In this document: in pieces, positions 29,094 to 38,736 of the stretch
Layout of the letters: the number at the start of each line of letters is the position of its first letter
Numbering within the stretch: position 1 is the stretch's first letter
Source of the DNA: Dongiaceae bacterium
GTDB lineage: Bacteria > Pseudomonadota > Alphaproteobacteria > Dongiales > Dongiaceae
Direction: 5' to 3'
DNA length: 64,000 nt
Assembly: GCA_044226685.1 (NCBI GenBank)
Contig: JBGAGP010000007.1
Location: 1,351-65,350 of the forward strand
Position numbers and translations under genes: made by a program
Notes under the pieces: model-generated
The model's database searches: none
The model's input: only the letters and a program-made list of their open reading frames with translations
What the model was told of the DNA's origin: nothing

Positions 29094-32000
29094 ATGACTG
29101 AGTTGCGTCTCGCCCACGGCTTGCGCTTTGAGGACCTCTACGACCCGGCGGGCCTCGCCAAGATCGACGGGCTGTTCGTCGAATCCCTGCGCCAGAGCGA
29201 CGAGGGACTGGCCGGCCGCCTGATGGCGGCGCGGGCGGAGCCCAAATCCCTCGACGCCAAGGCGGAGTCCACGCTCATCATCGAGACGGCGGCGCATCTC
29301 GACGATTTCCTCGGCGCGCTGTTCGGCATCGGCGACGAGCTCGGGGCCTTGCGCCGGCAGCATTCCGAGCTGGCGCCGATCTACGCGGTGAAGCGGCTGT
29401 TCGTGCAGCGCCGGGCGCTGAAGGCGCATCCGGAGGCCGAGGCCAGGACCTTCGACGCCGATTCGATCCGCACCGAGCTGACCGGCCTGTTCGGCGGCAG
29501 CTTCGACGAGCTCACCTTCGCCACCAAGGTCGAGGACTGGCAGAAAGACGAGAACACCCACGCCTTCGCCCTGGCGCTGGCCACCAAATACGCCGCCTGG
29601 GCGACGCAGACGGAGGCCGGCAAGGCGCTGCACCGCAAGGGCGTGCTGTTCAAGGCGCCGCGCAAGGTCGACCCGATGCACCTGGTGCACCTGGAGACCG
29701 AGACGCGCCACGGCATCCCGACCTTCAAGCTGGCCGAGGACAAGCAGCGCGCGCGCGAGGCGTTCCACCTGACCGACCTCGGCATGGATCTGAACCAGGC
29801 GCTGGACCAGGCCAACTACTGCATCTTCTGCCACAACCAGGGCAAGGACAGCTGCTCGCGCGGGCTCAAGGAAAAGGACGGCACGTTCAAGAAGAGCGTG
29901 TTCGGCATCACCTTGGCCGGTTGCCCGCTCGAAGAAAAGATTTCCGAGATGCACACGGCGAAGGCCGACGGCCTCGCGATCGGCGCGCTCGGCATCATCG
30001 CCGTCGACAACCCGATGTGCGCGGCGACCGGGCATCGCATCTGCAACGACTGCATGAAATCCTGCATCTACCAGAAGCAGGACCCGGTCGATATTCCGCA
30101 GGCCGAGACGCGCACGCTGAAAGATGTCCTCGGCCTGCCCTGGGGCTTCGAGATCTACGGGCTGCTGACGCGCTGGAACCCGCTCAACATCCGCCGACCG
30201 GTGGCGAAGCCTGCGAGCGGGCGCAAAGTGCTGGTGGTCGGCCTCGGTCCCGCCGGTTACACGCTGTCGCACTACCTGCTGAATGACGGCCACACCGTCG
30301 TCGCTGTCGACGGGCTGAAGATCGAGCCGCTGGACGCGAGCATCTCCGGCGTGCAGCCCGATGGCAGCCGCGTGGCCTTCAAGCCGATCCGCAGCATCAG
30401 CGAATTGCAGGAAGATTTGAACGACCGCGCCATGGCCGGCTTCGGCGGCGTCGCCGAATACGGCATCACGGTGCGCTGGGACAAGAACTTCCTGAAGATG
30501 ATCCGCCTGCTGCTGGAGCGGCGCGCGAGCTTCGCCATGTTCGGCGGCGTGCGCTTTGGCGGGACCATTACGGCGGAGCAGGCCTTCGGCCTCGGCTTCG
30601 ATCACGTCGCGCTCGCGCTCGGCGCCGGCAAGCCGACCCTGCTCGACATGCCGGGCGGGCTGTCGCGCGGCGTGCGCATGGCCTCGGACTTCCTGATGGC
30701 GTTGCAGCTGACCGGCGCCGCCAAGGCGGATTCCATCGCCAATTTGCAGCTGCGCCTGCCGGCGGTCGTCATCGGCGGCGGACTGACCGCGATCGACACT
30801 GCGACCGAGGCGATGGCCTACTATCCGGTGCAGGTGGAGAAGTTCCTGAAGCGCTACGAGATCCTGGTCGCCGAAGGCGGCGAGCAGGCGGTGCGCGCGA
30901 AGTTCTCGCCCATTGAGCTGGAAGTGGCCGACGAGTTCATCGCCCACGCCAGAGCCTTCCGCGCCGAGCGCGCACGGGCGGCGGAGGCGGAAGAGGCGCC
31001 GAAGCTGGCGAAGCTGATCGACGGCTGGGGCGGCGTGACCATCGCCTATCGCCGCCGCCTGATCGACGCGCCCTCCTACACCCTCAACCACGAGGAGGTT
31101 GAGAAGGCGATGGAGGAAGGCATCCGCTTCGCCGAGGGACTGACCCCGACGCGCATCGACCAGGACAAGACCGGCCACGCCGAGCGCATCCATTTCAAGA
31201 ACGCCGAGGGCGTCGAGTCCTCCATGCCGGCGCGCGCGGTACTGGTCGCGGCGGGCACAAGGCCCAACACCGTGCTGGCCCGCGAGGATGCCGATCACTT
31301 CCACGTCGACGGCCAATACTTCCAGGCGCTGAACGAGGCGGGCGCGGTGGTGAAGCCGGAAAAGCTCGCCAAGCCGAACGAGGTCCGCGTCATCACCGAG
31401 CGCCGTCCCGACGGCCGCGCCATCAGCTTCTTCGGCGATCTGCATCCCTCCTTCGCCGGCAACGTGGTGAAGGCGATGGGCAGCGCCAAGCAGGGCTGGC
31501 CGGTGGTCTCCGACATCCTGGCGAAGCTGCCGGCGGCGACAAACAAGGATCACGTCGCGTTCCTGGCCGATCTCAACAAGCGGCTGCGCGCACGCATCCG
31601 CACCGTCAACCGCCTCACCCCCACCATCGTCGAAGTGGTGGTCGAGGCGCCGCAGGCGGCAGCCAATTTCCTGCCCGGCGAGTTCTACCGCCTGCAGAAT
31701 TTCGAGACCCTGGCGCCGCGCACCAAGGACACGCGCCTGACCATGGAAGGCCTGGCGCTGACGGGCGCCTGGGTCGACACCCAGGAAGGCCTGGTCGGCC
31801 TGATCGTGCTGGAGATGGGCGGGTCGTCCGAGCTCTGCGCCTGGCTGCAGCCGGGCGAGCCGGTGATCCTGATGGGCCCGACCGGCGCCCCGACCGAGAC
31901 GCCGGCGGGCGAGACGGTGCTGCTGGCCGGCGGCGGGCTCGGCAACGCGGTGCTGTTCTCCATCGGCCGGGCGCTCAAGGCGGCCGGATCGAAGGTGGTC

Positions 32001-32564
32001 TATTTCGCCGGCTACAAGAAGCTGCAGGACCGCTACAAGATCGACGAGATCAAGGCGGCCTCGGACGTCGTCATCTGGTCCAGCGACGAGGCGCCGGGCT
32101 TCACCCCCGACCGGCCGCAGGACAAGAGCTTCGTCGGCAATATTGTCCAGTCGATCCTGACCTACGCCAAGGGCGAGATGGGCGAGACGCCGATCAAGAT
32201 CCAGGACGTCGACCGCATCATCGCCATCGGCTCCGACGGCATGATGGCGGCGGTGGCCCGCGCGCGGCACGAGGTGCTGAAGCCCTATCTCAAGGAATCG
32301 CATTGTGCCGTGGGCTCGATCAACTCGCCCATGCAATGCATGATGAAGGAGATCTGCGCCCAGTGCCTGCAGCCGCACAAGGACCCGGTGACCGGCAAGG
32401 AAACGGTGGTCTTCTCCTGCTTCAACCAGGACCAGGAGCTGGACCATGTCGATTTCGCGGCCTTGCGCCAGCGCCTCGGCCAGAACTCGGTGCATGAGAA
32501 GCTGACGGCCCAGTGGATCGCCCATTCCCTGAAACAGCTCGACCGCCGGAAGGCCACGGCCTAG
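29094..32564 (+). CDS. Fused GltD/NfnB-like plus PyrK/NfnA-like FAD/Fe-S oxidoreductase
   Basis: CIFCH...C...GCP and ICNDCMKSC Fe-S motifs; GLGPAG and IGGGLTAID dinucleotide folds; C-terminal GGGLGNA and SPMQCMMKEICAQC...SC. Confidence 0.88.
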   Translation: MTELRLAHGLRFEDLYDPAGLAKIDGLFVESLRQSDEGLAGRLMAARAEPKSLDAKAESTLIIETAAHLDDFLGALFGIGDELGALRRQHSELAPIYAVKRLFVQRRALKAHPEAEARTFDADSIRTELTGLFGGSFDELTFATKVEDWQKDENTHAFALALATKYAAWATQTEAGKALHRKGVLFKAPRKVDPMHLVHLETETRHGIPTFKLAEDKQRAREAFHLTDLGMDLNQALDQANYCIFCHNQGKDSCSRGLKEKDGTFKKSVFGITLAGCPLEEKISEMHTAKADGLAIGALGIIAVDNPMCAATGHRICNDCMKSCIYQKQDPVDIPQAETRTLKDVLGLPWGFEIYGLLTRWNPLNIRRPVAKPASGRKVLVVGLGPAGYTLSHYLLNDGHTVVAVDGLKIEPLDASISGVQPDGSRVAFKPIRSISELQEDLNDRAMAGFGGVAEYGITVRWDKNFLKMIRLLLERRASFAMFGGVRFGGTITAEQAFGLGFDHVALALGAGKPTLLDMPGGLSRGVRMASDFLMALQLTGAAKADSIANLQLRLPAVVIGGGLTAIDTATEAMAYYPVQVEKFLKRYEILVAEGGEQAVRAKFSPIELEVADEFIAHARAFRAERARAAEAEEAPKLAKLIDGWGGVTIAYRRRLIDAPSYTLNHEEVEKAMEEGIRFAEGLTPTRIDQDKTGHAERIHFKNAEGVESSMPARAVLVAAGTRPNTVLAREDADHFHVDGQYFQALNEAGAVVKPEKLAKPNEVRVITERRPDGRAISFFGDLHPSFAGNVVKAMGSAKQGWPVVSDILAKLPAATNKDHVAFLADLNKRLRARIRTVNRLTPTIVEVVVEAPQAAANFLPGEFYRLQNFETLAPRTKDTRLTMEGLALTGAWVDTQEGLVGLIVLEMGGSSELCAWLQPGEPVILMGPTGAPTETPAGETVLLAGGGLGNAVLFSIGRALKAAGSKVVYFAGYKKLQDRYKIDEIKAASDVVIWSSDEAPGFTPDRPQDKSFVGNIVQSILTYAKGEMGETPIKIQDVDRIIAIGSDGMMAAVARARHEVLKPYLKESHCAVGSINSPMQCMMKEICAQCLQPHKDPVTGKETVVFSCFNQDQELDHVDFAALRQRLGQNSVHEKLTAQWIAHSLKQLDRRKATA

Positions 32565-32732
32565 CGCCGGACCCCGGGAACGACCAGATATAGCCTATCC
32601 GCGACGGGGATTACGTCGCTGCAAGACGATCCCCGGTCGCGGCAATAGCAGCCCGGCACCCCCGCCGGCCTTAAGGATTTGAGCCAGAGGAAGGCGCCGG
32701 TAGGCATCACCCGGACGGCGCCGGATCGGAGC

Positions 32733-33332
32733 ATGGCGGAGACTTCTCGCACCCTGTTCATTGCCTGCGGCGCGCTCGCCAGGGAATTCCTGGCGGTGAG
32801 CAAGGCGAGCGGCTGGGACGATCGGATCGAGATCACCTGCCTGCCGGCGATCTGGCACAACCGCCCGGAAAAGATCGCGGGCGGGGTCCAGCGCAAGATC
32901 AGGGCCGGCAGAAAGAAGTTCGACCGCATCTTCGTGCTCTATGGTGATTGCGGTACCCAAGGGGAACTGGACCGCGTGCTGGCCGAAGAGGGCGTTGAAC
33001 GGATCGATGGACCGCATTGCTATCAGTGGTTCGCGGGAACCGTCGATTTCGAGAAGCTGATGGAAGAGGAGCTCGGCACTTTCTTCCTGACGGACTACCT
33101 GGCGCGGCACTTCGAGCGGCTGATCTGGCAAGGCTTCGGCATCGAGGCGCATCCGGAGTTGCGCGATCTCTACTTCGGCAACTACCGCAAGCTGGTCTAC
33201 CTTGCGCAGACCGACGATGCAGATCTGCTGAGGCGGGCCAAGGCAGCGGCGGAGCGATTGAACCTGCAGTTCGTGCACCGCCGTACCGGCTACGGCGAGT
33301 TCGCGGATTTCGTGAAGGCAAAGATGGCGTAG
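32733..33332 (+). CDS. DUF1638 family protein
   Basis: IACGALARE, CLPAIWHNRPEKI, YGDCGT, GPHCY, FFLTDYLARHF. Confidence 0.88.
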   Translation: MAETSRTLFIACGALAREFLAVSKASGWDDRIEITCLPAIWHNRPEKIAGGVQRKIRAGRKKFDRIFVLYGDCGTQGELDRVLAEEGVERIDGPHCYQWFAGTVDFEKLMEEELGTFFLTDYLARHFERLIWQGFGIEAHPELRDLYFGNYRKLVYLAQTDDADLLRRAKAAAERLNLQFVHRRTGYGEFADFVKAKMA

Positions 33333-33340
33333 GGGATCCG

Positions 33341-33643
33341 ATGGCACAGCTGACGGTGGTTTACTGGCGGGACATCCCGGCCCAGGTGATCGTGAAAAAG
33401 GGTCGCGACAGCGCGAAGATCCAGCTGACCGAGCGCTTCGAGAAGGCGATCGACCGCGCCGCCATGCGCGCCAACCTGCGCGACACGGATTCGTACCTGG
33501 CCGAATGGCGCCGCGCCGCGCCCGTCGAGGTCACCGACGCCTTGCAGGAAGAAGCCGACAAGAAGGCCGCCGAGCTGGAAGCCGCCTTCGACGACGCCAA
33601 GCTGAAGGCGCTGGTCGAAGCCGGCGGCGTGGAGGCGAAGTAG
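33341..33643 (+). CDS. Small conserved protein of the PF13769 ('virulence factor') family
   Basis: VYWRDIPAQV, RFEKAIDRAAM, YLAEWRR; typical member of this cluster. Confidence 0.8.
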   Translation: MAQLTVVYWRDIPAQVIVKKGRDSAKIQLTERFEKAIDRAAMRANLRDTDSYLAEWRRAAPVEVTDALQEEADKKAAELEAAFDDAKLKALVEAGGVEAK

Positions 33644-33688
33644 ATATGGGCCTGGGAATCTCTGCTGGCGCCAAGCGCTCCGCCGAGC

Positions 33689-33903
33689 CCCTTCCCCCCT
33701 TGCGGGGGAAGGGTGGGAAGGGGGGTGTTGCAGCGCGGGGTCTTTCTGCGAAGAACCTTCACTCGTATCGCTACCGCGATGGCGCGCCGCCCCGTCCGCG
33801 AATGCGGACATTCGTCCGCTGGGGCGCGCTACCCCCCATCCGGCTACGGCTAAGCTCGCTGCGCTCGCTAAGCCTCCGCTGCCTTCCCCCGCAAGGGGGG
33901 AAG
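33689..33903. repeat. REP/RIME-like doublet, family A variant
   Basis: CCCTTCCCCC-CTTGC-GGGGGAAGGG at 33689-33713 and CCTTCCCCC-GCAAG-GGGGGAAG at 33882-33903. Confidence 0.75.
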
Positions 33904-33928
33904 AATATCCTGTTGGGGGTATAGCGAG

Positions 33929-34546
33929 ATGTATTCCGTCCGCCTGTGGTCCGTGCGGCATGCGAAGGGGCTGAATGCCTTCTATCGCGGTTTCGAGAAG
34001 GTGCTGGTGGCGCTGCATCCGCTGTGGGCGAAGATCGGCTATGACAAGGTCGAGAAGCCGTTCCAGGTCATGGAAAAGGGCATCAAGGGCTTCCTGTTCG
34101 ACTGCCAGATGTGCGGGCAATGCGCGCTGTCCTCCACCGGCATGTCCTGCCCGATGAACTGCCCGAAGAACCTGCGCAACGGCCCCTGCGGCGGCGTGCG
34201 CGAAAACGGCAATTGCGAGGTGAAGCCGGAGATGAAATGCGTCTGGGCCCAGGGCTGGGCCGGCGCCGCAAGCATGGGCCTCGCCAATCCGCAGGGCCAC
34301 AAGATCCTCGACGTGCAGAAGCCGGTCGACAACCGCTTCAAGGGCAAGTCGTCCTGGCTGCGCGTGGTTCGCATCGCCAAGGGGCTGGAGGACGAGGCCG
34401 GCAACAAGCCGAAACCCGCCGCGGCGAAGCCAGCGCCCAAGCCGGCGCCGAAATCGGTGGAGGCGGCCGACCAGATCGCCGGCGGCACGTCCAAGGACTC
34501 GCCCTCGCCACCTGCCCCGCCGACCAACCCGGGGAAGGCCGCATGA
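33929..34546 (+). CDS. MetV-like MTHFR-associated Cys-rich protein
   Basis: CQMCGQC, CPMNCPKNLRNGPCGG, CEVKPEMKCVW; stop overlaps the metF ATG. Confidence 0.88.
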   Translation: MYSVRLWSVRHAKGLNAFYRGFEKVLVALHPLWAKIGYDKVEKPFQVMEKGIKGFLFDCQMCGQCALSSTGMSCPMNCPKNLRNGPCGGVRENGNCEVKPEMKCVWAQGWAGAASMGLANPQGHKILDVQKPVDNRFKGKSSWLRVVRIAKGLEDEAGNKPKPAAAKPAPKPAPKSVEAADQIAGGTSKDSPSPPAPPTNPGKAA

Positions 34547-35541
34547 GCGAGACGCCGCATTTCGATCCCGGCGCGCCGCTGCCGCTGCTGCCCGGTCATT
34601 CTTCCGGCGGCCGGCTGGAGCGCGTGCTGCGCCTGGGCCGCTTCGCCGTCACCGCGGAACTGAACCCGCCGGACAGCGCCGATCCGCGCGACGTCTATGA
34701 GCGCGCCTTGGTGCTCTCCGAGGTCTGCGACGCGATCAACGCCACCGACGCCTCCGGCGCCAATTGCCACATGTCCTCGGTCGGCATCTGCTCGCTGCTG
34801 ACCCGCGCCGGCTATGCCGTCATCATGCAGATCTCCTGCCGCGACCGGAACCGCATCGCCATCCAGGGCGACGTGCTGGGTGCGGCCGCCATGGGGGTGC
34901 AGAACATCCTGTGCCTGACCGGCGACGGCGTGCAGGCGGGCGACCAGCCGGCGGCCAAGCCGGTCTTCGACTTCGATTCGACCTCGCTGCTGGAATGCAT
35001 CCGCGGCATGCGCGACAAGGGCGTGTTCCTCTCGGGACGCAAGCTCACCACCCCGCCGCGGGTGTTCCTGGGTGCCGCCGCCAACCCCTTCGCGCCGCCC
35101 TATGAATACCGGGCGGTCCACATCGCCAAGAAGATCGCCGCCGGCGCCCAGTTCATCCAGACCCAGTATTGCTTCGACGTGCCGCTCCTGCGCAAGTTCA
35201 TGGAGAAAGTGCGCGAGCAGGGCCTGCACAGACAAGCGTTCTTCCTGATCGGCGTCGGCCCGCTGCCCTCGGCCAAGACCGCGCGCTGGATGAAGAACAA
35301 CGTTCCCGGCGTGCACATCCCCGAGGCGATCCTCGAGCGGATGGAGAAGGCCAAGGACCAGCGCGCCGAGGGCAAGCAATTGGCGATCGACCTGATCCAG
35401 GAGATCAAGGAGATCGAAGGCGTTTCCGGCGTGCACGTGATGGCCTACCGGCAGGAAGAGTTCGTGAACGAGATCATCCAGGCCTCCGGCGTGATGCGGA
35501 ACAGACAACAACGGCGCGCGGGCGAACCCGCCGCCCAATAG
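34543..35541 (+). CDS. metF: Methylenetetrahydrofolate reductase
   Basis: TAELNPP, INATD, CRDRNRIAIQ, LTGDG, GAQFIQTQYCFD. Confidence 0.93.
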   Translation: MSETPHFDPGAPLPLLPGHSSGGRLERVLRLGRFAVTAELNPPDSADPRDVYERALVLSEVCDAINATDASGANCHMSSVGICSLLTRAGYAVIMQISCRDRNRIAIQGDVLGAAAMGVQNILCLTGDGVQAGDQPAAKPVFDFDSTSLLECIRGMRDKGVFLSGRKLTTPPRVFLGAAANPFAPPYEYRAVHIAKKIAAGAQFIQTQYCFDVPLLRKFMEKVREQGLHRQAFFLIGVGPLPSAKTARWMKNNVPGVHIPEAILERMEKAKDQRAEGKQLAIDLIQEIKEIEGVSGVHVMAYRQEEFVNEIIQASGVMRNRQQRRAGEPAAQ

Positions 35542-35570
35542 AACCGGGTTTCGAGAAAGGAATTGCTTCA

Positions 35571-36533
35571 ATGACCGATACCGTCATCTCCTCGGCCACC
35601 AAGGAAGTCGTCATCGGCTTCGACCGGCCGTTCGTCATCATCGGCGAGCGCATCAACCCCACGGGCCGCAAGCTGCTGGCCGCCGAGATGGCGGCGGGCG
35701 ACTACAGCCGCGTGAAGTCGGACGCGCTCGCCCAGGTCGCCGCCGGCGCGCAGATGCTCGACGTCAACGCCGGCATCCCGATGGCCGACGAGCCGCGCAT
35801 CCTGGCCGAGACCATCCAGCTGGTGCAGTCGCTGACCGATGCGCCGCTCTCCATCGACTCTTCCATCGTCGCGGCCCTCGAAGCCGGCCTGCAGGTCTAC
35901 AAGGGCAAGGCGCTGCTGAACTCGGTCACCGGCGAGGAAGAGCGCCTGGAAGTCGTGCTGCCGCTGGTGAAGAAGTATGGCGCGGCCGTGGTCGCCATCT
36001 CCAACGACGAGACCGGCATCTCCGAGGACCCCGACGTGCGCTTCGAGGTGGCCAAGAAGATCGTGCAGCGCGCCGCCGATTACGGCATCCCGCATTCCGA
36101 CATCGTGGTCGATCCGCTGGTCATGCCGATCGGCGCGCTGGGCCAGGCCGGCAAGTCGGTGTTCCACCTGGTGCGCCGCCTGCGCATGGAGCTGAAGGTC
36201 AACACCACCTGCGGGGCCTCCAACATCAGCTTCGGCCTGCCCAACCGGCACGGTCTCAATTCCAGCTTCCTCGCCATGGCGATCGGCGCCGGCATGACCT
36301 CGGCCATCACCAACCCGCTGCACCAGGAGGAGATGGTGGGCGTGATGGGCGGTGACGTGCTGATGGGCCATGACGCCCATTGCGCCGCCTGGATCCGCAA
36401 GTTCCGCGAGCCCGCGGCCGAGGGCGAAGGAGCCGGTGCCGGCGGCCGGCGCGGCCGCGAGAATCGCCGCCGCGGCGGCGGTGGGGCGGCAGGCCCGGAG
36501 GGAGCCGCACCGGCCGGCGCCGCCAATGGCTAA
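35571..36533 (+). CDS. Methyltetrahydrofolate:corrinoid methyltransferase (stand-alone MetH pterin-binding domain)
   Basis: IIGERINPTGRK, LDVNAG, SIDSS, VVDPLVMP, GASNISFGLP. Confidence 0.92.
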   Translation: MTDTVISSATKEVVIGFDRPFVIIGERINPTGRKLLAAEMAAGDYSRVKSDALAQVAAGAQMLDVNAGIPMADEPRILAETIQLVQSLTDAPLSIDSSIVAALEAGLQVYKGKALLNSVTGEEERLEVVLPLVKKYGAAVVAISNDETGISEDPDVRFEVAKKIVQRAADYGIPHSDIVVDPLVMPIGALGQAGKSVFHLVRRLRMELKVNTTCGASNISFGLPNRHGLNSSFLAMAIGAGMTSAITNPLHQEEMVGVMGGDVLMGHDAHCAAWIRKFREPAAEGEGAGAGGRRGRENRRRGGGGAAGPEGAAPAGAANG

Positions 36534-36641
36534 ACGCGCGGAAATCGCGTAAGGAAATCGCCCCTGCCCGGCAGCCCAAGCCGGTGCAGGGGCGAAACGC
36601 TTCTGGCGCCGGAATAGGCGCACTGGATTTGGGGTTGAGTG

Positions 36642-38699
36642 ATGGCTGCGGAAGGCACCGAGGCAAGCGTCAAGAACGGCAACGGCACCAAGGACGGCGA
36701 CCAGCCGCTGGTGGTGTTCATGCCGTCCGGCCGGCGCGGCCGTTTTCCGGTCGGCACGCCGGTGCTGCAGGCTGCGCGCCAGCTGGGCGTCGACATCGAT
36801 TCGGTCTGCGGCGGTCGCGCCATCTGCGGGCGTTGCCAGATCGTCGTCTCCGAGGGCGAGTTCGCCAAGCTCGGCGTCACCTCCAAGGGCGACCACCTCT
36901 CCGATTTCTCCCCCGTGGAGCAGCGCTATTCCGACAAGCGCGGCATGAAGCCGGGCCGGCGCCTCTCCTGCCAGGCGCATCTGCTGGGCGACCTGGTCAT
37001 CGACGTGCCGGAGGACAGCCAGGTCCACAAGCAGGTCGTCAGGAAGCGCGCCGAGATGCGCGCGATCGAGATCGATCCGATCGTCAAGCTGCATTACGTC
37101 GAGGTCGCCGAGCCGGATATGCATGATCCGACGGGAGACTTGCAGCGCCTGGAGAAGGCGCTGAAGGAGCAATGGGGGCTCACCGATCTCGACACCGACC
37201 TGCGCGTGATCCAGGGGCTGCAGGCCGCCCTGCGCAAGGGCAACTGGACGGTGACCGTCGCCGTGCACCTGGGCCGGCAGATCACCGCCGTGTGGCCGGG
37301 CTTCCGCGACCATGTCTATGGCCTGGCCGTCGATATCGGCTCCACCACCATCGCCGGGCATCTCTGCGAGCTGTCCTCGGGCGAGGTGGTCGCGTCCTCG
37401 GGGCTGATGAACCCGCAGATCCGCTTCGGCGAAGACCTGATGAGCCGCGTGTCTTACGTCATGATGAATCCAGGCGGCGATTCCGAGATGACCAAGGTGG
37501 TGCGCGAGGCGATCAACGACCTGGCCGCCAACGTCGCCAAGGAAGCCAATTGCACGGTGCAGGACATCCTCGAGGTGACCTTCGTCGGCAACCCGATCAT
37601 GCACCACCTGCTGCTCGGCATTAATCCGATCGAGCTGGGCGGCGCGCCGTTCGCGCTGGCGACCGACGGGCCGACCATGTTCTGGGCCTCGGAGATCGAC
37701 CTCAAGATCCACCCGAATGCGCGCATCTACGTGCTGCCCTGCATTGCCGGCCATGTGGGCGCCGACACCGCCGGGGTCATCCTGTCGGAAGCGCCGCACG
37801 AGGCGGACGAGATGACGCTGATCGTCGATGTCGGCACCAACGCCGAGATCGTGCTGGGCAACAAGCAGAAGCTGCTGGCGGCCTCCTCGCCGACCGGGCC
37901 GGCCTTCGAGGGCGCGCAGATCTCCTGCGGCCAGCGCGCGGCCCCGGGCGCGATCGAGCGCATCCGCATCGACCGCGAGACCTTGGAGCCGCGCTTCAAG
38001 GTCATCGGCTGCGATCTGTGGTCGGACCATCCCGACTTCGCCAAGCAGACGGAAGGCACCGGCGTCACCGGTGTCTGCGGCTCCGGCATCATCGAATGCA
38101 TCGCCGAGATGTATCTCTCCGGCATCCTGACCCAGGACGGCGTGGTCGACGGCGCCATGCAGGCGAAGTCGCCGCGCATCGAGGCCGACGGCCGCACCTT
38201 CTCCTACCTGCTGCATGACGGCACGCCGCAGTTGCGCATCACCCAGAACGACGTGCGCGCCATCCAGCTGGCCAAGGCGGCGCTCTATGCCGGCGCCAAG
38301 CTGCTGATGGACCGCATGGGCGTCGACAAGGTCGACCGCATCACGCTGGCCGGCGCCTTCGGCAGCCATATTGATGTCAAGTATGCCATGGTCCTCGGCA
38401 TGATCCCCGATTGCGACCTGGCCAAGGTCACCTCCGCCGGCAACGCGGCAGGCACCGGTGCCCGCATCGCGCTCCTGAACGCCAAGGCGCGCGAGGAGAT
38501 CGCCCGCGTGGTGAAGCAGGTCGAGAAGGTCGAGACCGCCGTCGAGCCGAAATTCCAGGAGCATTTCGTCGGCGCCATGGCCATCCCGCACAAGACGGCG
38601 CCCTATCCGCACCTGGCGAAAGCGGTGGCGCTGCCGGCGCCGAAGGTCGCGTCGCCGGGCGATGACGAGGGTGGAAGGCGGAGACGGAGACGAGGATAA
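36642..38699 (+). CDS. RACo/RamA-type reductive activator of corrinoid proteins (2Fe-2S + ASKHA, DUF4445)
   Basis: CGGRAICGRC...RLSCQ; DIGSTT; DVGTNAE; GPAFEGAQI; LAGAFG; GNAAGTGA. Confidence 0.93.
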   Translation: MAAEGTEASVKNGNGTKDGDQPLVVFMPSGRRGRFPVGTPVLQAARQLGVDIDSVCGGRAICGRCQIVVSEGEFAKLGVTSKGDHLSDFSPVEQRYSDKRGMKPGRRLSCQAHLLGDLVIDVPEDSQVHKQVVRKRAEMRAIEIDPIVKLHYVEVAEPDMHDPTGDLQRLEKALKEQWGLTDLDTDLRVIQGLQAALRKGNWTVTVAVHLGRQITAVWPGFRDHVYGLAVDIGSTTIAGHLCELSSGEVVASSGLMNPQIRFGEDLMSRVSYVMMNPGGDSEMTKVVREAINDLAANVAKEANCTVQDILEVTFVGNPIMHHLLLGINPIELGGAPFALATDGPTMFWASEIDLKIHPNARIYVLPCIAGHVGADTAGVILSEAPHEADEMTLIVDVGTNAEIVLGNKQKLLAASSPTGPAFEGAQISCGQRAAPGAIERIRIDRETLEPRFKVIGCDLWSDHPDFAKQTEGTGVTGVCGSGIIECIAEMYLSGILTQDGVVDGAMQAKSPRIEADGRTFSYLLHDGTPQLRITQNDVRAIQLAKAALYAGAKLLMDRMGVDKVDRITLAGAFGSHIDVKYAMVLGMIPDCDLAKVTSAGNAAGTGARIALLNAKAREEIARVVKQVEKVETAVEPKFQEHFVGAMAIPHKTAPYPHLAKAVALPAPKVASPGDDEGGRRRRRRG

Positions 38700-38736
38700 T
38701 CCTCGTTCTCTCCTCGAAGGACACATACACTCCACC

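Noticed and set aside
28947-32525. Very long antisense ORFs (also 35568-38822, 42148-45537, 12591-14591 and others)
   Set aside because: Shadows of real genes caused by high GC at third codon positions; no recognisable motifs.
33341-33643. 'Virulence factor' as evidence of pathogenicity
   Set aside because: Only a Pfam family name; the context is one-carbon/corrinoid metabolism.
32565-33928. Cobalamin or SAM riboswitch ahead of the corrinoid/MTHFR genes
   Set aside because: No B12-box or SAM-II consensus recognised by eye; structure at 33689-33903 is explained by REP elements. An Infernal scan would be decisive.
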